From Bigelowiella natans CCMP2755 (Eukaryota; Protista; Cercozoa): DNA of 60,713 bases. The translations under genes were made by a program, and so were the position numbers. Shown here one piece after another: positions 53,920-60,713 of this stretch. The notes under the pieces are model-generated. The model did no database searches and was not told the DNA's origin. It saw nothing but the letters and a program-made list of their open reading frames with translations. The stretch's first letter is position 1. Each line of letters begins with the position of its first letter. Location of the stretch: NCBI GenBank assembly GCA_000320545.1, contig ADNK01002732.1, positions 1 through 60,713 of the forward strand, read 5' to 3'.

Positions 53920-56900
53920 AGATTTGTTGGAGACGTTGTCTTTGAAATTACAATTGTTGTTGCTGATGCTATGGCCGTGGTGCTAGGATTTGAATCCTTT
54001 TCGTGAATTGTTTCCTTGGTAGTTTTCTTCACCTTCTTCTTCTGTGTCGTTGTCATCGTCATCATCTCCCTTCCAGCCTCTAAACAACCTTCTGGTACAA
54101 CGTACTCGCACCGCATGTCGGAGAAATCTTGACAGATATATTGCCCTATGTTCAGAAAGATATCCGCCGTCTGTACGCATGTATTATACAACAATAACAG
54201 CAATAACAACAAGAAGAAGAAAACAACAAGGAGTATTACATGTGACTTGACTAATGCAACGATAGCAATTTGATTATCTTCCTCCTCCTCTCCCTCCTCC
54301 TCCTCCTCCTTCTCCTCCTTCTCGTCATCACCATCATCATCATCATCAAACATGCACCACCAGCACCTGGACCGAAGCATCTGCAGCATCAAACAACTTC
54401 TTGTAGAAAGCAAGAGAAACAGCTCTCAGTTGATAATCACTGTCGCCTAGCAATCGCCTTAATGCTTTCAAAACGCCGTTCCAGTTTTGAAAACTCAATA
54501 GATCCCTAATTACCACCGTTAACAAGAAAATTATCTCATCATCATTATTTTAAAAAATGAAGAAATCCTTATCGTTTATATGAATATTATATCATCATCA
54601 TTATTTTAACAACTGAAGAAAATCTTAAAACTCCATCGATGCTAATGCTATGCTATATTATCATACTAATCAATACTACTGTAGCAAACATAAATTAGCC
54701 CAAGTATGATTTGGTGCAAGTTAATAATGATTTACAATATACTTGCAGTCTGCAAACACTCTTCCTCTCAGGGGCTTAACCACTGTTATATATACACTAG
54801 TACTCATGTCTCACCCCGGTGTAAACTTTCCTAGACTGGTAACAGCATCCCTTTTAACTGCAGCAGCATCATCTCTGTGTGTGACGTCGTAGAATTATTT
54901 TTCAGTGTTGATGGATTGGTGATAGAAACATGAGAAAATGAACCAAAGGAGGCAAGAAGACAACAAATGCTTCTGTGTAAATAGAAGTGAAGGAAATGAT
55001 GAAACTTACTATTTCATCTAATTGCCCAATCAAATCCTCCTTGTCCCACAATATGATGTACGAATAAAATGTAAAACATATCTGGTGATATTTAAGGTTG
55101 TAGTGTAAATTCAAAGTAGTAGCAGTATTTTACGTGTCTTTTCTTTCCATGATAATGTCAAGGAGCGGCTGGATATTTCCAAGAGGTGGTACGTCAGCAA
55201 ATGACTAAATGAATCATAACAACAACAACAAGAGGTGGTACGTCAGCAAATGACTAAATGAATCATAACAACAACAAGAAGAAGAATAAGGGACAACTTA
55301 CTGACTTTTTCCGACATAAGGTGTTGGTAAATCAGCAGCATCATAGATCATCATCACCACCACCATCACCATCATCATCGTCATCATCATCATCATCATC
55401 ACCTTTTTAAGTAGCAACAACAACAGAGTAAACTCCCAAGCATTAAATGTTGTTAAGCTTATTTTATTAGAATAAGTTATAAAGTGTTATTAAACCCATT
55501 AATTAATTCATTCTTACTAAGATATCGACTCCAGAATCAGCAGGATCATTCAGATATTGGTGATGATCATCATCGCCTTCATCGGGATGGTGATGGTATT
55601 CGTAATTCTCCCGTATTATCATGTTATTTTTCTGTGGGAGAGGGTTGGATGTAACAATATGCAAATATGAATAATAGAATTTATGAAGAATAGCAGATCC
55701 CAATGAATGATAACAACTGCGACGAAAGGAGGACTGCTCGATGATGGCAAACACACTCTTTGCAGCTACCAACTGCTGCTTCTTTTTTCTACTTTTGTAA
55801 GCAATTCTCATACCAGAGTCAAACAAAAGAAATGGAGTATATGATGAGTAGTAGTACTCTGTTTTGGCACTAGTAACAAGCGACGATCACACAGTGTTTT
55901 GATCAACACTTTGGATTTTAAAAAAGAGGGAGAATACGTAAATTTCGGGAAAAGAAGAGGTTTATTTATTTTATTTTTCCTACGACGTACACGGTTCTTC
56001 TGGGCCTGGTTCTTTCTCTTCGTGGCAATGGTACGACTACTACGTGGTTTTTTGCTACCCCCTATCACCATCCTTTCCGCTCCTAACAACTCTGTTTCAT
56101 GGTGTTGTTGCTCATAATGACAGTAATCATGACTTGGATCATCGTCATCATCTTTTACTACTACTCGGCCACTGGCGTGATGATGATGATTATGATAGCC
56201 CTGCTCGTGGTGGTAATGGTGGTGGTCGCAATATGCGGCTTTATCTTCTTCTTGTTCGGCGTGATCATCCTCCGCAGACGAAGAACGATGGGTTATCTTA
56301 GGTGTCCAGATTGGTGATCTAATCACCATGATTGTTACCGAGATGATTCAGATAAAAGAGAGTTGAAAACGATGAAACGAATGAGACCAGTAAGAGAGAT
56401 TGTTCATGAGAAGATATAATTTTTTAAAAAATGGGAGTTTTCACCATTTTCGTAATACACCACAATTTCATATTTTTATTATGCATAGTTCCTTCATATG
56501 CGTAGTATCATCATTCAATAATATCACGATTAAATATTGATGTAGTCAGTCCAACCCGATTTTGTCTTTATAACTGGGCCTAGCACTACCACCGAGTTGA
56601 TCGTTGCGTAAATCAGCAGGAAGGAATAACAATACAGAAAGTCAATGAGTCATATTTGCAATATTATCATCTATGGAAACATCATGCTTACGTACGTAGA
56701 ATTGAGAGAATCCAAATTAGAACAAGAAGAAGAATGATGATGCTGAAAGTCATCATGAAAGCCAGGTGAAGTAGTTGCTTGCTGCCGTGTTCGTTCGGTC
56801 AAATTCCTTGATGAAGTGTCTTGGTTCATAATTGATGCTGCAACGTTGCGAGATCTTAAGTGCCGGATGATCCTCCTTGCAAATAAAGAAATATTAACAC

Positions 56901-57770
56901 TACGGACTTTTAATAACAACAAATGAAAGCTCAAGATTCGCCACATTTCTGTTTGTATGCATATGAAGCTAGGGGGTGAATAATAATGCTTTGTAGTAGT
57001 TTTGCTACGAGCTACTATGTTTAGACCATTAGTCATGTTAGTTTCTGTTGAAGTTGTTTTTGTTATTGTTATGTTGTGAGATACCGTCTCGTAATTTTTC
57101 TCGCAAGCTTCTGTCGGATGCAAGTAAGAATATCATGTTTCAATTTGGTAAAAGCTTTGCTGCAAAAAATCCTGGCTGTATGGACTTTCGCCTCTTTTCT
57201 CAATCGAAAACTTTCATCGTCGTAGCCATCGTTCTCGTCATCATCATCATCATGGCCGTTGTATTTTTCATCATGATCATACTCTGCCCCCTCAGCTTCG
57301 ATAACTTTCCAGACTTTTTGCATCAAAGAACCAACAGAAGGGTTTTTGTCAAAGTTGATCTTGAAATGAGGGTCCAACCTGAGAGGAGAAACCATCAACA
57401 GCAACAGATTATATGTCTTCTTTATATCAGCTTGATGATGGCACTAAATGGAAACTTTCTCCTCTTATTTGGTGAGAATGATGGCAGTTGTTTGGTACTC
57501 TACCTAAGCTGATTGCAGATGGCACTAAGAGCTTCACATTTGCTCAAACCGGACGTCAGCTGGAGGTTTAACGCCGAACGCCGGACATGGCTCACAAGGG
57601 TCTCCACAATGTTGTCCTATTTTGTCCAATTAGTATATTAGTCTGAAGTAGGGTCACCTCAGAGCTCGTAACATCTACTGAAGATATCACATGCAATTCT
57701 ACACACAGCAGCAAACATGTTGCTCGATTGATAAATAGAAACCAAGCTCGGGCAATTCACGACATGCAAC
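41421..57770 (-). CDS. TBC1D32: Broad-minded (BROMI/TBC1D32) ciliary protein homolog, expanded by homopolymer insertions; exact start uncertain (~57610-57770)
   Basis: C-terminal exons HAIEIVAMREVPQVCSSLAAAGLPIAFISNHWMRHAFWGFLSIKELIAYAVLVATAGFEYQ|VYYLVTIFMHLESQI...|SLDLGEFLLNVEISEYR|IKDYIEAMQMM...LQ* match the recalled BROMI C-terminus. VKRDAVTSLGKFTPG|DLLSFQNWNGVLKALRRLLGDSD (~54370-54850) and N-terminal exons at 57100-57620 also fit. Confidence 0.85.
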
Positions 57771-58102
57771 ACGAAAATGGTCACAAGAACCTGTAGAGTC
57801 TGTTGTGGATATAGGTTGGTCGACATCTTCGTCCTCCTCAGAGGATTGGTATGGTTAGTATGTGTTGATCATCATCGGAAGGAGGAGGAGCTCGTCCGTT
57901 GTTGTCAGGTAGTTGTCGCAACTGCATAGGTAAGATTACTGTGTAGTCCTTAGTACGACAACCAAACATCATTGTCGCAACTTGTGAATCACACTCTTTC
58001 ATCATGTATTTACATCTAATTAAAATGAGTAGTCCAGTGCTCAAACAAACAAGAAGCACCGCACCCACGTAGGAATACATCACAACCAAGCTCATACGTG
58101 TA

Positions 58103-59900
58103 GCTTGACGACCTTTCCAATTCGCGAAATGCGAGCACAGCGTTCGTAGAAATACGAATGAGTTTCTTCAGCAAGGAGAATCGGGTAACAGGATAGGTTT
58201 CCTTGTTGAAAAAAAAATAGTTTCGGATGTGATTTACATGTAATTACAACAAACAGATCTTGCGATTGATATGGAAGGGCAACGTGGAAGAAATACGCAA
58301 TATTTTTGGCGAGATCAAATGGAAAGATGACACACAAAAGAGTGGCTTAGAGGCCAAGGCAATTCTAACAGCAGCGGAATGTGGCCAAGTTCCTATTCTT
58401 AGATACCTCTTTGAAGAAGTTAATTTGGGATCAACCATTAAGAGCAAAATTGCTACGAAGGCACTTAAGCTATCAACGGTATTTGCCCATATCAGAGTGG
58501 TAAAATATCTTGTGAAAGAGGCAAAGGCTAACATCGAAGCTAGGGATGGCTCAGGATACAACGCATTGTTAAATACCATTGAGTAGGTGCAAGACAATAA
58601 GAAATAATAGTAATGATAATGATGCTGATAATCTGTGGCGTGTGGATGTTTCTTAATAATGAGACAGATGCAGTTGTGATGGATGGTTTTTGGGAATAGA
58701 TGTTAGTCATTGTCGTCATTAATTTCCTCTATATATTAAAATGAAACATGTATTTCCATAACATTAGGTCCAACGGGCCACGGAATAGTCAGATGGAAAT
58801 CGTGCAGTTTCTCTGCGAGGCGAAGGCGAAAATAAATGCTCGCACAGATTATGGTCACACGGCGCTTATTTTGGCTTCACGGAGAAGCAAGCTGAATGTT
58901 GTACAGTACCTTCTTGAAAACTACTACGCAAAAGACGGTGGTTGTGGTGTCAATTCTCATGCTCAAGAATTTCTTGGACAGCGTGCAGATGGCCACACGG
59001 CATTATATTTTGCTATCCGAAACAAACATCTCAATGTTGTAAAACATCTTCTCAGATTCAGCGCTGATCCGAACGTTGTTGAGAACATGGCGATTCACAA
59101 TGAAGTCCCATTATTGGTATTGGCAGCCGGGGCTAGCACTGTAGAGATTGTGCGGGAACTTATAGATGCGAAGGCCAACATCAACACGCAAATCCTCAAA
59201 AATAGAGAAACGGTACTACTAAAAATGAAAACACTATCATCAGCACCGATCATCCCTTCAAAATGCCAACTCCAAAGGCAATGATGTCTCACGAAGATGC
59301 ACATCATCACCATCCTGTTCATGAATTTCAAAATGAATCATCTCATTATGTTCTTCCTGCATTTTTTGGTGTTGAAGGCTTTGCATGCTGCAGCTGAAGC
59401 TGGAAATTATTTGACTGCCAAGTGTCTCATAGAGTTTCGAGCTCTTGTAGATGTAAAGGTAGTAGCAGCATATTGTTTCAAGTTGTATGTTGTTAATTAA
59501 TCATCAACCGGTGCTGGTAGAATAAGAACGGGGCTACACCACAAGATCTCGCTGAAAAGTGCCACAACACGAGAATTGAAACCCTACTTAAGGTTGGTTT
59601 CTCACAATTCTCCAGTGTTCCAATTGCATCGTCGGATTTAATGTGATGTGTCAACAGCAACATTGCACGTGCAAACACGCCGAACTCTACTCAGGCTGAC
59701 ACAAAATGGTTTCTTTGCAACGCACATCACATCAGGATGAACATTTGCGGTTGCTCCGTGAAACTCTGGTTCTGGACATGCCAACTCTCCACATGCTACA
59801 CAAAAATGTTTTGGTCGCCGCCGGTGTTTCAGATGAAATGATGCTTGAAGAGGAATTTGACCCCGGAAACATGTTCTCTGATAGCGATGATGGGATGTGA
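58103..59900 (+). CDS. Ankyrin-repeat protein; multi-exon, 5' end unresolved (may begin ~57780)
   Basis: Ank repeats ILTAAECGQVPILRYL, GHTALILASRRSKLNVVQYLL, GHTALYFAIRNKHLNVVKHLL, ALHAAAEAGNYLTAKCLI and NKNGATPQDLA. Likely last exon 59736-59900 (DEHLRLL...SDSDDGM*). Confidence 0.85.
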
Positions 59901-60527
59901 AGGCGTTTGTGGTTCGAAATGTTGTGATCGAGCAGACTCCCATTCAGAGAACTTGAGAGATGGAAAGAGTGGTCAAATTATCACCGTGGAGATGGAAAGA
60001 GTGGTCAAATGATCACCGTGCAAACATGGTGTTGCTAGCAAGCGATGTGTGATTTGATGCAGCAAACTGTTCTCAGCATCATGACATTGTTCATGAACGG
60101 AACATGTTGCAAAATGCGCTGCACAACGTGCCAGTTTTTGCTGATGGTGCATCGGTGACTCATGACAGCCTGTGTGCAACAATGTGTGTCGATCCTCAGC
60201 GCAATTTGCACATTGCATTTTCACGTGCGGCGCATGCCATTGCAGTGCCAGACTAGCGAAGCACACTTGGGCCATTGGAACCCAAAATGAGGCAACGACT
60301 ATGAGCTGAAATGCTTGTGCATTGACATGTAGGCCGTTTGCCATGGTGCAACGCCAATCGTGCAAATGCGCTTGCAGGTCCCCGTGCGTCTGCACATGGA
60401 CTTGTGACTCCCTGCACGTGTGTGCCACTGGAACAATCACAAACGATGCCACAAATCTTTAACTTGCCACAACGAAGCAAATTGCGTCAGCGCTCTCGGT
60501 GCATGCGAATGCGCAACAACTTCGTGT
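59640..60527. other. TpA-depleted subtelomeric segment
   Basis: 8 TA in 59701-60527, 6 of them in CTA/TAG context. Includes a ~30-bp tandem duplication at 59960-60020. Confidence 0.8.
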
Positions 60528-60594
60528 GGTTAGGGTTAGGGTTAGGGTTAGGGTTAGGGTTAGGGTTAGGGTTAGGGTTAGGGTTAGGGTTAGG
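60528..60594 (+). repeat. Telomeric repeat (TTAGGG)10 + TTAGG
   Basis: Read directly; G-rich strand runs 5'->3' toward the end of the sequence. Confidence 0.95.
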
Positions 60595-60713
60595 TAGGTA
60601 GGTAGGTAGGTAGGTAGGTAGGTAGGTAGGTAGGTAGGTAGGTAGGTGGTAGGTAGGTAGGTAGGTAGGTAGGTAGGTAGGTAGGTAGGTAGGTAGGTAG
60701 GTAGGTAGGTAGG
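60595..60713 (+). repeat. Terminal (TAGG)n array (~29 units, one irregular unit)
   Basis: Read directly; distal to the TTAGGG tract. Confidence 0.95.

Noticed and set aside
59695-59708. Apparent frameshift in the ankyrin gene using the acceptor at 59694
   Set aside because: A downstream acceptor at 59735 restores the frame.
59960-60020. 30-bp tandem duplication differing TTAT versus TGAT
   Set aside because: The difference is a T/G transversion and is uninformative for the TA->TG model.

Overview
AT-rich eukaryotic nuclear DNA ending at an apparent chromosome end (10 TTAGGG units, then a (TAGG)n run). GT-AG intron-rich genes, green-algal/plant-like proteins and signal+transit (bipartite) plastid leaders suggest a chlorarachniophyte-type alga; this is inferred, not proven. 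I reconstructed 10 multi-exon genes by hand: a ClC-6/7-type channel (partial), a plastid MATE, a TPK-like K+ channel with EF hands, an RS-rich protein with an SDN1-N-like domain, a Lys-rich hypothetical protein, a plastid CPBP/CAAX protease, RRP8, a plastid rhodanese, a ~16 kb BROMI/TBC1D32 gene and an ankyrin-repeat gene. There is also a 5'-truncated LINE. Most entries in the ORF track are microsatellite artefacts or shadow frames. The main discovery is a set of discrete domains where TpA has been almost completely erased: 7 TA in ~2,550 bp, 6 in ~1,350 bp and 8 in ~830 bp by hand count, with survivors almost all in CTAG/CTA/TAG context. CpG, AT, AA and TT remain common there. Paralogous repeat copies differ CA vs TG vs CG vs TA at the same sites, and coding remnants lack Tyr. 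This looks like a TpA-targeted A:T->G:C hypermutation system ('reverse RIP') acting on repeats, spacers downstream of gene 3' ends and the subtelomere. Exon boundaries and counts were read by eye and may be off by a few bases.
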